A stretch of 64,000 bases of DNA from Octopus sinensis. Taxonomy: Eukaryota. The position numbers were made by a program, and so were the translations under genes. The first letter of the stretch is position 1. Every line of letters starts with the position of its first letter. The notes under the pieces were generated by a model. That model searched no databases. It was not told the origin of the DNA and saw nothing but the letters and a program-made list of their open reading frames with translations. The stretch covers positions 67,084,001-67,148,000 of the forward strand of contig NC_043003.1 of the NCBI RefSeq assembly GCF_006345805.1. Direction: 5' to 3'. This document shows, one piece after another, positions 1-11,870 of the stretch.

Positions 1-554
1 GCAAATATTAAAAGTGAATGTTGTAATGTCTTAACATCTCCCACCACGACACCACAGGGAATAATTGTGAACAGATTTCTTTCCTTCATAAATACTCCGA
101 CGCCATTGAATGACAAATTGAAATGTTTTGAAAACATTATATTAGTTAAAGGTGATGAAGCGATGCAAGGAAATAAAGATAATGAAAACGTGATTCCAGC
201 AAGTTGATTAACAATAATATTATGGAGAAATTTCACCACATTTGTTGTTAACAATCATCGCATGCTGTTCATTTTTATGCAACAATTTCAATGTTTTTAA
301 TTTGATTCGAAAAACATATTTCTGATGCCGCACGCAATAGCAATAAAATTTCTTAGTCTTTATAGAAGACAAACGTGCATATGAAGTAATACAAACGAAA
401 TGACAGCACGTTTTCTTTCCTCATTTTTCATAAACGTTTATAGTAATGCTATATATTTTGGTTTAAAATACAATTGTGGTGAATAATTTCTTTTGGAAAA
501 TCTCTTGGCATAATCGTTAGAACATCAAACAAAACACCTTCCAATATTTGCCTG

Positions 555-1190
555 GGTACAGCGGCGATCTGGCAAAATCGTTATATCCCGGACGAAATCC
601 TTAATGCCATTTGGTCAGTCTTTATGTTCTGGGTTCAAACTCTACGGGAATTCACTTTCGATGGCGTCCATGTACTCGACTTACCACCTTCTCTAATTTT
701 ATTGGCCTTGTGTCAAAATTTGAAACCATATCTGTCCGGCTCAAGGTGGCGAGCTGGCAGAAACGTTATATGCTGCACGAAATGCCTAAAGTTATTTGAT
801 CCATCTTTACATCCTGAGTTGAAACTCTGCCAAGGTCTACTTTCGAAGTCGATAAAATAAATACCAGTTGAACACTGGGGTCCATTTACTCGACTAAGTC
901 ACTTCTCAAAATTTGCTGGCCTTGTGCTAAAATTAAAACCAAATTTGTCTGGCTCAAGGCGATGAGCTATTAGGATCGTTAGCACGCTAGTTAAAATGTT
1001 TCGTGGCATTTTGCCCGTCTTCACGTAAAGAGTTCAAATTCCACCAAAGTCAGTTTTATCATTCTTCCTTACAGGATCGATAAAATGAGTACTAGCGAAG
1101 CACTGGGTTCGATCTAATTGACTTGTTCACTTCTCACTAGAATTGTTGGTCTTGTACCAAATTTTAAAACAATTATTTGCAACGAACTAA
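555..1190 (+). mobile_element. Three head-to-tail degenerate copies of tRNA-derived SINE family A
   Basis: Repeated GGCGAGCTGGCAGAA-CGTTAG...GAGTTCAAAT (A/B box) units joined by a shared linker AAACCA.AT.TGTC.GGCTCAAGG. Confidence 0.7.
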
Positions 1191-1356
1191 ATACTTACTT
1201 CTGAAACGAGAGGGTATATTCGATCAAGTAAAATTTATTTAAATAGAAAATACAGACAGTTACAGCTGAGTGATGTCATGCCTTTAATTGTAGAATGCTG
1301 TCTCCTTTCTGTCAATCTGCTGCCAAACGTATGCATACATAAACGCACATACATAC

Positions 1357-1401
<45 letters not shown>

Positions 1402-1653
1402 CTCTCTCTCTCTCTCACATATATAAATGAAATGAATGAATGGCGAACGAACAAGAAATTGTGCAAGGAACTTCCTTTGCTTATAATATCTTTCTGCTAT
1501 AAGTTGCAGTGCGGACGGCAGGTACATCACCTCATAACATTCTCAGAGCTTCGAATTCTAACACCAGGATATTAATATCGATATGTCTAAGCGAAATGTG
1601 TGTGCGTGTATGTGTGTGTGGCGTGTGTGTGAGTATATATATATATATGTATG

Positions 1654-1747
<94 letters not shown>

Positions 1748-2057
1748 TACATATATGTATATATATGGTGGCTGTTTACTCTTTATGCAGAGTTTGACCA
1801 CCTCCTGTAACTACACCTTAGAACCATCATGGTATCTGGTGGTGGGTTTTAAAACCAGACAATGTTTTGAAAAGACACCCACGTAGATTGCATATCCGAT
1901 TTGGACCATCAAGAGCTGCAGTTAAGTTCTGATCTTTGTAGGTCTCAAAATGTCTTTTGAAGCCTCCGTTATATTACCAGACCTTCTGGTATACATTGCA
2001 TTGGAAGGTGTGCACAGATATATCGGCAGAATAGTTGTATGTATATATATATATATA

Positions 2058-2673
2058 TTGTATTTCACTTTCCTTAAATTGAGAGTAGTGCTATTTCTAT
2101 GTGGAGCTATCGTCGGTGATTATACCGGAGGAGCTATTTCTAGCACTAGAGTTAACCTATGTAAAGTTAACTCTCTTATATTTACGGATAAATATGTATT
2201 ATCTCCCTGGTTTATGGTGCTAGGTCACTTGGTGTTAAAATAGTGGTATTATTAAATTGATATCTAATTTTTCACCCTCATTTTTGAATTTATGAATTTG
2301 ATACGCTGCAGTAAATATTACATGCGGTATTCGCTTCCACTAAGTCTTAGCATTTGCTTTCGGCGAGGAATTCGTAACTACAACCCTGAATGTAATCGAT
2401 TAGACCGCATGGGTAATCGTTGCCTGTGTGGGTCTGATAAATTGCATAGATGACAATGTTGCTGAAGATTTATAGACGAATATGTGAGTATAATTTGCAT
2501 ATTATGTTGATAAAGAAACAATTGTACAACATTAATCAATTGTTTAGTTGTATTTCACTTTTCTTAAGTTGAGAGTAGTGCTATTTCTATGTGGTGCTAT
2601 CGTCGGCGATTATACCGGAGGAGCTATTTCTAGCACTAGAGTTAACCTATGTAAAGTTAACTCTCTTATATTT

Positions 2674-2680
<7 letters not shown>
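2058..2680. repeat. 623-bp unit with 133-bp terminal direct repeats (2058-2190, 2548-2680) between (TA)n tracts
   Basis: The two copies differ at 4 positions by hand count; period is 490 bp. Confidence 0.85.
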
Positions 2681-2715
<35 letters not shown>

Positions 2716-2719
2716 TATA

Positions 2720-2922
2720 TGTATCGTGTGTGTACCGTTGGCGATTCTTTTCCTCCGTCTTCCCTTCCTTGGATCTTTCCTTTTCCTATGTATCTGACGA
2801 GAGCTCCGCTCGAAACGTTAAATCCTCCTTCTTTCTTTCCTTTCCTGAGCGTCCAATAGCACTATACTTGTTCCACGTCCTCGCGTTGTTGTGTTTTTTT
2901 TGTGTTTCATGTTTGGATTAAC
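2720..2922 (+). mobile_element. Penelope-like element tail (family P1) ending in (TA)n
   Basis: Contains CTGACGA-GAGCTCCGCTC-GAAACGTT, followed by a pyrimidine-rich tail running into (TA)n. Confidence 0.6.
2791..2823 (+). ncRNA. Minimal type I hammerhead ribozyme motif
   Basis: CUGACGA core, stem II GAGC/GCUC, then GAAAC-GUU with palindromic AACGUU. Stem I is short and imperfect (UAU/AAA). Confidence 0.55.
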
Positions 2923-2960
2923 TATATATATATATATATATATAATATATATATATATAT

Positions 2961-3077
<117 letters not shown>

Positions 3078-3114
3078 TATATATACACATATATATATAT
3101 ACACATATATATAG

Positions 3115-3460
3115 GGAGAATTCACAAAAAGCAAAAAGCAAAAGACGAAAACAGGTGGTGTAGACAACAAACAGATGTATTAGTTTAACGCTCGGGAAGT
3201 GAAAAAGTCTTCAACGTTTCGAGCCTACGATCTTCCACAGAAAGGGACACAGAAATAAACAAGGGGGAGAAAATAAAGAATGTGTAGTGGCTAGCGATCT
3301 ATCATGGCAAATGCCGGACAGAGAGGTCACACAGGAGAGCTAGGAAGAAGGGGAGATAATAAAGTAGTGGTGATCCCAAAACGAAGGTTCACGTGCGTGT
3401 GGAAGAGGGCTGGTAACCTTGACGTGTACATGTGTGCATGTGTAGGTGTGTGGATGTGGG
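3115..3460 (-). mobile_element. Penelope-like element tail (family P2) ending in (TA)n
   Basis: Minus strand has CTTTCTGTGGAAGATCGTAGGCTCGAAACGTTGAAG...CCCGAGCGTTAAACTAATAC. It is homologous to 41630-41782. Confidence 0.55.
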
Positions 3461-3884
3461 GGAGGGAAGTGGTCAGTGTTTACGTGTGCGCGGTGGTTTG
3501 ATGTGATGTGATGTGGTGCTATGTGGAATGGTGGTGTATGGTGTACTGGTGTGTAGTGTGGTGTGATGGTGTTGGGATGTTGGGGAGGCGAGAGTGGGGA
3601 AAGCAAGGGTGAGGTGTGGGATATATATATATTTATATTTTTATTTATATATGTATATATATGTATATATATATATACACCGTTTAAGTGGAGAAACATT
3701 AATAACAGTGAAGTGAAATCGATTCAGCTTACACTACATTATTTTGGCAATTCATATTTCAACCGAGACATGTTAGAATATTATATTCGTGCTGACATAG
3801 TTCAGTTAAACCATGTCTAAAGACTATGCTCCAAGTATGTTTTGCGTTGATTGCAACAGAATAATGAAAATATGTTATATTCTC

Positions 3885-4150
3885 TAAAAGCAGGCGAAAT
3901 GCTAAGCGGTATTTCGTCTGCCGTTACGTTCTAAGTTCAAATTCCGCAGGGGTCGACTTTGCCTTTCATCCTTTCGGGGTCGATAAATTAAGTACCAGTT
4001 ACACACTGATGTAATCGACTTAATCCGTTTGTCTGTCCTTGTTTGTCCCCTCTGTGTTTAGCTCCTTGTGGGTAGTAAAGAAATAGGTATTTCGTCTGCC
4101 GCTACGGTATTTCGTCTGCCCGCCCTTCCCACCAAATTTCAGACCTCCAT
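3885..4150 (+). mobile_element. SINE family A with one internal spacer repeat
   Basis: GGCGAAATGCTAAGCGGTATTTCGTCTG...AGTTCAAATTCCG...GGTCGACTTTGCCTTTCATCCTTTCGGGGTCGATAAATTAAGTACCAG. Confidence 0.85.
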
Positions 4151-4548
4151 TAGAAAGAAATTAAATTTAAGACTCTGTGAACAATCAGCATATCCACAGA
4201 AATTGTTTATATAAAGGTAAACATAATACCATAATTAAAATTAGAAATCAAAGTTATGTTAATAGGCGTAGATATCCCGCTGTGATTGGGAAGGTCGCTG
4301 CTTTGCAATATAATGCTTTTGATTCAATCCGCCTGCATGGCACATTGGGCCAGAATCTTGTAGCTTCTATCACAGCGACGGGTTGACCAATGGTTTGTTC
4401 GTGAATTTGATAAAGGGAAACTCTGTACAAGCGTGTCGTGTGTGTGTATGTATATGCATGTATGTATGTATGTGTATGTATGTATGTATGTATGTATGTA
4501 TGTATGTATGTATGTATGTATGTATGTATGTATGTGTGTATGTATGTG

Positions 4549-4581
<33 letters not shown>

Positions 4582-4619
4582 ATGTTCTTGTGTGTATGCG
4601 TGTATGTATGCACAAATGT

Positions 4620-4825
4620 GCCTATGTATGCGTTTGTGTTCTTTCCCCTGCCCTTGATAATCAGTGTTGGTTTGTTTGTGCCACCTAACTTAGCAGTTCG
4701 ATAAAAGAGGCCGATAGATTAAGTACCAGACTTCCAAATATGTCCTAGGGTCCAATTGTTCGACCTAATCCACCTAGAGAGTGCTCCATAATGGCCGCAA
4801 TCCATTGACTGAAACAAGTAAATGA
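4620..4825 (+). mobile_element. SINE family B, 3' half
   Basis: Matches the 3' half of 55505-55922 (TAACTTAGC.GTTCG...GATAGA.TAAGTAC...ATGGCCGCA.TC.ATTGACTGAAACAAGTAAA). Confidence 0.7.
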
Positions 4826-4949
4826 TAGATGAAAATAATAAGTTTATCTTAAGCTGGATATCCCTGTGATAATACGTATTATTTCAACTTTTGGCAAATT
4901 TGAGAGAAGGGCAAGTTAATGACATCGCCCTTCCCCTAGATACACACCT

Positions 4950-5335
4950 AGGACTTGACTGCTCCTTATTTCGTAAGATAGAAAGGTAAAGTCGACTTCG
5001 GTAGAATTTGAACTCAGAACGCAAAGAACCGGAGGTAACGCTGTTAAGGATTTTATCTGATATCCTGACAATTCTTTCAGCTCACTTCCGCCTTGCTGCG
5101 ACAATAAATATGAAAACAAAATGCATATGAAAGAAAAAAAGGTTGTCATTAGTATAATATAGTTTTACTCTCAGGAGAACGTCTGAAATTCTGAGGGAGG
5201 TGACTAGTGGTACCTATGTTATCGATTGCGAAAAGACGAAGGGCAATGTCGACCTTGGTGGTATTTGGAATCAGAACAAGTAGACAGGTGGATTGTCGCT
5301 AAGTATTGTGTCGAGCGTATTAACGACTCTGCCAA
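4950..5335 (-). mobile_element. Two degenerate SINE family A copies
   Basis: Reverse-complement GAAAGGTAAAGTCGACTTCGG..GAATTTGAACTCAGAACG and a second more decayed copy. Confidence 0.6.
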
Positions 5336-5445
5336 TCTTCTTTTGTTTTCCCACAACAATAAACGTGAAAACACAATGCCTATGAAATTAAAACGTCATT
5401 TAGTGTAATAAGAGATGTTAAATTTGTTCTTGTTCATGTGGTGGG

Positions 5446-5651
5446 TTAAACAATTTAGCATTCAAACCGGCCAAATCCATCCCAAATATTCTACGTGCCT
5501 TATATTCAAACCGGCCTCTCTCACCTTCCCCACAATGTTATTGTAAAGACGAACGAACAACCTCAAAGCTATGAGCTGATACGTGATTAATACAAAACGA
5601 TGGGAATAAAGAAGCATTACACCTGGAGTACACGAAATGCTAAAGGGTTAA
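5446..5651. mobile_element. piggyBac-like MITE remnant
   Basis: The right end AATGCTAAAGGG-TTAA is the reverse complement of TTAA-CCCTTTAGCATT. The left end is degenerate (TTAA-ACAATTTAGCATT). A TTAA flank with a CCC terminus is piggyBac-like. Confidence 0.5.
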
Positions 5652-7174
5652 AAGAACTCATACCTTTCCATGTTATAAAGCATGCTCGAAAATTTCTGGG
5701 TATTTGGGCAAGTAAATCCTGTCGGCCGGGAAAATAAACTGTGCAGGCCAATGCGGAAATCTTTGTATTGTCGCTCAACATGCTATAATAAGCAGGCAAT
5801 TTTCTCATTAATCAAAATCCACCGATTTAAATGAGAAAGGACAGAGAGTTGGAATATTGTAGTTTTAAATACCATTAAAAAAATCATTGAAAATATCATT
5901 ACTAGATTTCTTTTGTTTTTGTTTTTTCTGTTCATAGATTTATCGAATTTAGTTTGACCTAACTCTAAAGAACAACTTGCCTTGTCAGAAACATATCACT
6001 AAAATGATTGTTTAAATAACGCAGAGATAAAGAAAAAGAGAGATGGAGTGAAGGAGGATGAGGAGGAGGAAGGGAAGAAGGCAGGAGGAGGAGACAGACA
6101 AACAGACAGAGGTAACGGGTTGTTGAATGAGGGATACGATAGATCGGAGTTTGTTGAACATTAGCAAGATAATTTCCACGATAAAACAAATTTAAAGAAA
6201 GAATGATAAAAAACGAACAGTTAATATCGGAGAGGTTAAGCAAATAACGCCTTTCATAAAGAATGGTAGTTTGAAAATGATTTATTAGAAGCTATAAATT
6301 GAAAAGTAATCCCACTTGCAGATCTATGATGATCGTAGCTAAGACGCAGAATAGAAATGTGTTGAATTATAGTTTTGAGAATACAGAGCAGCATATAAAA
6401 GAAAAACGAAACAGAGGAAGTTTACACAAAGCAAAACGTAGTGAATTGTGTAATTTGTATTACGTAAAATCAAAGGTCAAGCTGGGTGGGGAGTTTGCAA
6501 TATTTCAGAAAAATAAATGGATTGGACGAGGTTTGAAGAGAAGCGGGAATTCAGAAATGTGTACTCCTCCATTTAAAAGATATCGGGAAATCAATCATAT
6601 TAATAGACTAGGGAACGGAATATGTGGTAACACAGAAATATAATGCATAGTTTAGAGAAATACGAGAGGGGGATATTAAGACAGACAAGTAAAAACATAA
6701 CGAAAAACAAACGATTGCAGTGAGAAGATTTTTTAATAGAAGATCCTGCACAAATAAATATTTACGTACGAAGTTGAGTTAGGTGTTTTGTAAAAAATCA
6801 AAGATAACACTTGAAAAAGAAATAAAAATAATAACACACTGTTCAAAATGAAAGGAGAAATGTTAGATTACTGCTGGTCTTTGAGGCATAAAATAGTATA
6901 TGTTCCGTTTACCATTGGGACGAATCGTACAGAAATTCGAAAAAGATTTAGTTTGAAAGAATAACCATCAATATGTTGAGATGTGCAGTAATATAAATAC
7001 AATGCTATACTAACATAACAGGATAGAAACATATGAAAAGAAAAAGCAGTGAAGTGTAAAAGGAAATAGGAAAATAATATATCGTAAACCGTGTTTATGT
7101 ATTGCGTTATATTTGGAATAGTAAAGGTAACATGGGAAATATGTAAAGGAGAAAAGTAAAACAACAATAATAAC

Positions 7175-7755
7175 CCTTTCTGCTTTAAGCCCAAGGCCTG
7201 AAATTTGGTAGGAGTGGTGCGGGGCAGTCGATTAGATCGACTCCAGTACGCAATTGGTACTTAATTTATCGACCCCGAAAGGATGAAATGCAAAGTCGAC
7301 CTCGGCGGAATTTGAACTCAGAACGTAGCGGCAGACGAAATACCTATTCCTTTACTACCCACAAGGAGCTAAACACAGAGAGAGGACAAACAAGGGCAGA
7401 CAAACGGATTAAATCGATTATAACGACCCCAGTGCGTAACTGGTACTTATTTAATCGACTCCGAGAGGATGAAAGGCAAAGTCGACCTCGGTGAACTTTG
7501 AACTCAGAACGTAAAGAGAAGATGAAATACCTATTTCTTTACTGCCCACAAGGGGCTAAACACAGAGGTGACAAATAAGGACAGACAAATGGATTAAGTC
7601 GATTATATCGATCCCAGTGCGTAACTGGTACTTAACTTATCGACCCCGAAAGGATGAAAGGCAAAGTCGACCTCGGCGGATTTGAACTCAGAACGTAGCG
7701 ACAGACGAAATACCGCTAGGCATTTCGCCCTGCGTGCTAACGTTTCTGCCAGCTC
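7175..7755 (-). mobile_element. SINE family A with internal ~185-bp tandem multimer (3 units)
   Basis: Three copies of GAAAGGATGAAAGGCAAAGTCGACCTCGGCGGAATTTGAACTCAGAACGT separated by the same spacer (AAACACAGAG...GACAAAC..ATTAA.TCGATTA). Confidence 0.9.
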
Positions 7756-7777
7756 AAAACAACAATAATAATAAATT

Positions 7778-8056
7778 GATACATTATTTACATTCGGCGG
7801 ATATTTGTCCTCATCTTGTTTTTTGTTAAAACAACATTTTGGCTGATATACCCTCCAGCCTTCCTCAGGTGTCTTGGGGAAATTTTGAACCTGGGCTCTC
7901 ATTCCTAAGGTATTTTTCGATGTTATTATTATTATTATTATTATCATTATTATTATTATTATTGTTGTTGTTCAGGTCACTGCTTGTAATCGAACTCGGA
8001 ATCTTGGGGTTAGTAGACCGCGCTCTTAACCACTACGCCATATGCCCGTGGGCATA
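7778..8056 (-). mobile_element. Composite tRNA-head/(AAT)n/hammerhead-tail SINE (H-SINE), copy 1
   Basis: Minus strand: TATGCCCACGGGCATA-TGGCGTAGTGG (A box)...GAGTTCGATT (B box)-(AAC/AAT)n-ATCGAAAAATACCTTAGGAATGAG...GACACCTGAGGAAGGCTGGAGGGTATATCAGCCAAAATGTT. Confidence 0.85.
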
Positions 8057-8392
8057 GAACTTGGTTCAGTTATTGAACTGTGACTTTGTTGGAGAGCAAG
8101 GATTTGAAGGGATTTAGTCGACCTGATCGACCCAACTACTTTTGATTTTTAGGCCTGATATATATTATATCGATTTCTTAGGCCTGACCGATAAATTAAG
8201 GTGACATAAACAAACCAACGCTAATCGTCAAGCGATGGGGCAAAAACGCAGATGCAAAGGCAAACATACGCACAAACACTCCCACACATACACACACGAA
8301 CACATACACTTATATACGACAGGATTCCACATAGTTTCCCTCCATTACAATCACACACAAAATAATTGTCGGAAAGGAGCTGTTATAGAAGG

Positions 8393-8774
8393 TGGAGGCG
8401 CAATAGCCCAGTGGTTAGGGCAGCGGACTCGCGGTCGTAGGGTCGCGATTTCGATTCCCAGACCGGGCGTTGTGAGTGTTTATTGAGCGAAAACACCTAA
8501 AGCTCCACGAGGCTCCGGCAGGGATGGTGGTGATCCCTGCTGTACTCTTTCACCACAACTTTCTCTCACTCTTTCTTCCTGTTTCTGTTGTACCTGTGTT
8601 TCAAAGGGCCGGCCTTGTCACTCTCTGTGTCACGCTGAATATCCCCGAGAACTACGTTAAGGGTACACGTGTCTGTGGAGTGCTCAGCCACTTACACGTT
8701 TATTTCACGAGCAGGCTGTTCCGTTGATCGGATCAACCGGAGCCCTCATCGTCGTAACCGACGGAGTGCTTCCA
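8393..8774 (+). mobile_element. tRNA-derived SINE family C (head 1 + tail X) with 10-bp TSD
   Basis: A box TAGCCCAGTGG and B-box-like TTTCGATTCCC. The direct repeat GTTATAGAAG lies at 8382-8391 and 8776-8785. It is near-identical to 47079-47458. Confidence 0.9.
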
Positions 8775-8884
8775 AGTTATAGAAGACGTGTACCCAATAT
8801 GCCGCTGCGGAGTATGACTGATCCCAAAAGAGTGTGTTTACAAAGCAGCTTTATTAATTCCACAGGATAATCATTATCGTTATT

Positions 8885-9935
8885 TTTGCTCGGCGGCGAG
8901 CTGGTGGAATCGTTAGCAAACAGGGCAAAAAGCTTGACAGTATTTCTTCCATCTTTACATTTTAAGTTCAAATTACGACGAGGCTGATTTTGCCTTTCAA
9001 TATTTCGGGGGTCGATAAAATAAGTACCAGTTCAATGCTGGGGTCGATGTAATCGACTTAATCCCTTCCCTCTACTTAATCCCTATCCTCAAAGTGATGC
9101 AGCGTAAAAAAAGCTCAATATACCCATCATAGCCACTCGTCTGATAAGGGCACACATGATACATGCATTATAACAATGTATGTACGTGATGGTGATCTTA
9201 CATGAAAATAAACAGCGCATAACCTTGCAAGTGGGGCCAGTTAGAATTTTCAACACGCTCAAAAGGTCCCTGAATAAGGATTGTTTCCGGATGAAGAACA
9301 AAACATCCGTGTTTCCAAAGGTGAATTATTCAAACCCCCAAACACTTCCTATCAGCACATGGGTATGATACTTCCCTACTATTCCTGCTCGTGATCCGAG
9401 TTGCTATCAAGGCGATGAGCTGGCAGAATCGTTAGCACGCCCGGCGAAATGCTTAGCAGTATTTCGTTTGCCGCTACGCCCTGAGTTCAACTTCCGCCGA
9501 GGTCGACTTCACCTTTCAAAATCTCGGCGGCGATTAAATAAGTAACAGTTACGCACTGGGATTGATGTAACCGACTTACCCCCTTCCCGCAAATTTCAGG
9601 CCTTGTGCCTATAATAGAAAGGATAATTATTATTATTGCTATAATTCTTCTTCTTCTTCTTCTTCTTCTTCTTCTTCTTCTTCTTCTTCTTCTTTCTTCT
9701 TATTATTATCATTATTATTATTATTATTGAAGGAGGTAAGCTGGCAGAATAGTTAGCACATCGGGCGAAATGCCTATCGGTATTTCGCCCGTCGCTACGT
9801 TCTGAGTTCAAATTCCGCCGAAGTCGACTTTGCCTTTCATCCTTTGGGGGTCGATAAATTAAGTGCCAGCTTTGTACTGGGTCGATCTAATCGACTGGCC
9901 GCTTCCCACAAAATTTCCTTGTGCCAATAACAGAA
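8885..9935 (+). mobile_element. Cluster of three SINE family A copies (about 8885-9075, 9410-9625, 9730-9935) with (CTT)n/(ATT)n between
   Basis: Each begins GGCG..GAGCTGGCAGAAT(C)GTTAGCAC and contains GAGTTCAAATTCCGCCGA.GTCGAC. Confidence 0.85.
9089..9400 (-). mobile_element. Partial copy of the 450-bp element at 37388-37837, opposite orientation
   Basis: Reverse-complement match, e.g. CAAAAGGTCCCTGAATAAGGATT, GTGAATTATTCAAACC and CTTGCAAGTGGGGCC. Confidence 0.8.
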
Positions 9936-10274
9936 ATGATTATTATTATTTTCTTCATACACAAGCAACAGATTAGACTTGGAAAAGAAAACAAATCCGT
10001 ACATCAGGCCACAACAAATAACCTTACATGCCAAGAACCATCATAAGTATCCGGAAAGGGGGATTTCCAGGCTTCGTTTAAGCGCAAAAGGCAGTAAGAT
10101 CTGTTGCCTTTATAGATTCTGTTGTACAAAGAATAGACCATGTATATATGGTCTATTATATCCTGTAATTTTAAAACATGAATATATTCTAAAAGCGATG
10201 TTGCACGAGCGCGTCTAGAGTTGGAGAGTTTTTATATAAGGAACTCATTTCTTGAGTGAGCAGTATTTTTCTTT

Positions 10275-10474
10275 CACCTTTTACTTATTTCAGTCACTAG
10301 AGTGCGGCCATGAATGTTGTAACCGATTGAAACAACCTCAGTACTTTTCTTTTTGAGGCGGTACATATTTTATCAGTTTCTTTACCGAAACGCTAAGTTA
10401 CAGGGACGCAAACACGCCAACACCAAATGTTAAGCAGTGGGGGAGGGCAAACACAAAGAGACACACATTGATAT

Positions 10475-10508
<34 letters not shown>

Positions 10509-10510
10509 CT

Positions 10511-10591
<81 letters not shown>

Positions 10592-10710
10592 TCTTTCACT
10601 TTACTTCCCTAAGGATTTGGTCGGTAGACACTCGTTCAAAGTGCAATTCTATGTGACTGAACTGGAAACCATGTGATTGGGATGCAAACGTCTTAGCCAC
10701 GCCGGCACCT
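10275..10710 (-). mobile_element. Degenerate SINE family B with internal (TA)n/(CA)n
   Basis: Family B 3' end (TTTTACTT.TTTCAGTCA) and 5' end (ACTGAACTGGAAACCATGTG...CCAC). Confidence 0.65.
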
Positions 10711-11579
10711 ATAAATTGTATAGATTTACAGATTATTTGAAACTCTTCTCTAAAAGATGAAGCGTACATCGTTTCTGCTCTCAAAGTACTGTGGAAAAAT
10801 GAACGAGTTTTTGTACTTCCTAATTATATCTTATTCAACAGCTCACATATGTACAATACTCAGTCCATTGCTATTTCAATAATTAAAAGAATAATGTAAT
10901 TTTAGGAAGCTAAATGATACCAGGCATTTTTTTTTCTTGAGCTGTCTGTTTTCCATTATGTATGACATCTTTCAGCTGCCAGAAATTACCATAACTTTTT
11001 AATTATTGAAATAGTAATAATAATGGACTAAAAGTTTTCACAATTGTGAGCTGTTGAAATAATCTTTCTAAAAGGAGTGGATGTTCGAACATCAGTTTTA
11101 ATTTGATCAAATTAAGGGTGTCATTGTTTGAGATTTATTAAATTTAAGTCATTTCAACTTTCAAGAACTTTGCGAAGGCCTCCTTTAGAACAAAAGATGA
11201 CAGTTAATGACAACTATACGACTTCTTGTGTAGTGTCTAATATCTCTGTAACAACGTAAATAACGTCCACACATTTCCTCATAGATTTTCAATTCTCTGA
11301 ACAATTCCACAAAATTCTAATAGTTTTCTATTTGTTAATTGTCATATTTTGTTTATTATTATATTAAAAAAGAATGAATCTTTAACCACCGAGCATACGA
11401 TCATTGGCTAACTTCCAGTAAAAAGTGAAAACGATGGTGAAATTGGCGAAAGAAGTTCAATAAATTTAGCGAACGGTATTTACAGAACCGAGATCCGCCT
11501 TGCAGTGTGGCTTATTTTTTGTAAACCCTTTCTAGTGTTTGTCTATATCCTTTTAGGGCATCATCAGGTTTTACTTATG

Positions 11580-11870
11580 TTGATTTCAAATTTCGACATA
11601 TAGCTAGCAATTTCGAGGCGGGACTTAGTCAATTTTGTTGACCCCTGTGTTCAACTGGTACTTATTTTATCGACACGGAAAGGATGAAGAGCAAACTCGA
11701 CCTACAATTCCGGTGAGGAAGTAAGTCGATTACATTGACCCCAGTAGACAACTGGTAAAAGGCAAAATTGACTTCGACGGAGTTTTAACTCTGAACGTAA
11801 GGACGGACGAAATGCAGCTAAGCATTCTGCTCGACGTGCTAACGACTCTGCCAGCGCGGCGCCTTCAGGA
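11580..11870 (-). mobile_element. Two partial SINE family A copies
   Basis: CAACTGGTACTTATTTTATCGAC...GAAAGGATGAA and AACTCTGAACGTAAGGACGGACGAAATG...CTCTGCCAGC. Confidence 0.7.

Noticed and set aside
7975-8056. tRNA-like segments as genuine tRNA genes
   Set aside because: They have A/B boxes but no complete cloverleaf or acceptor stem, and always continue into SINE bodies.
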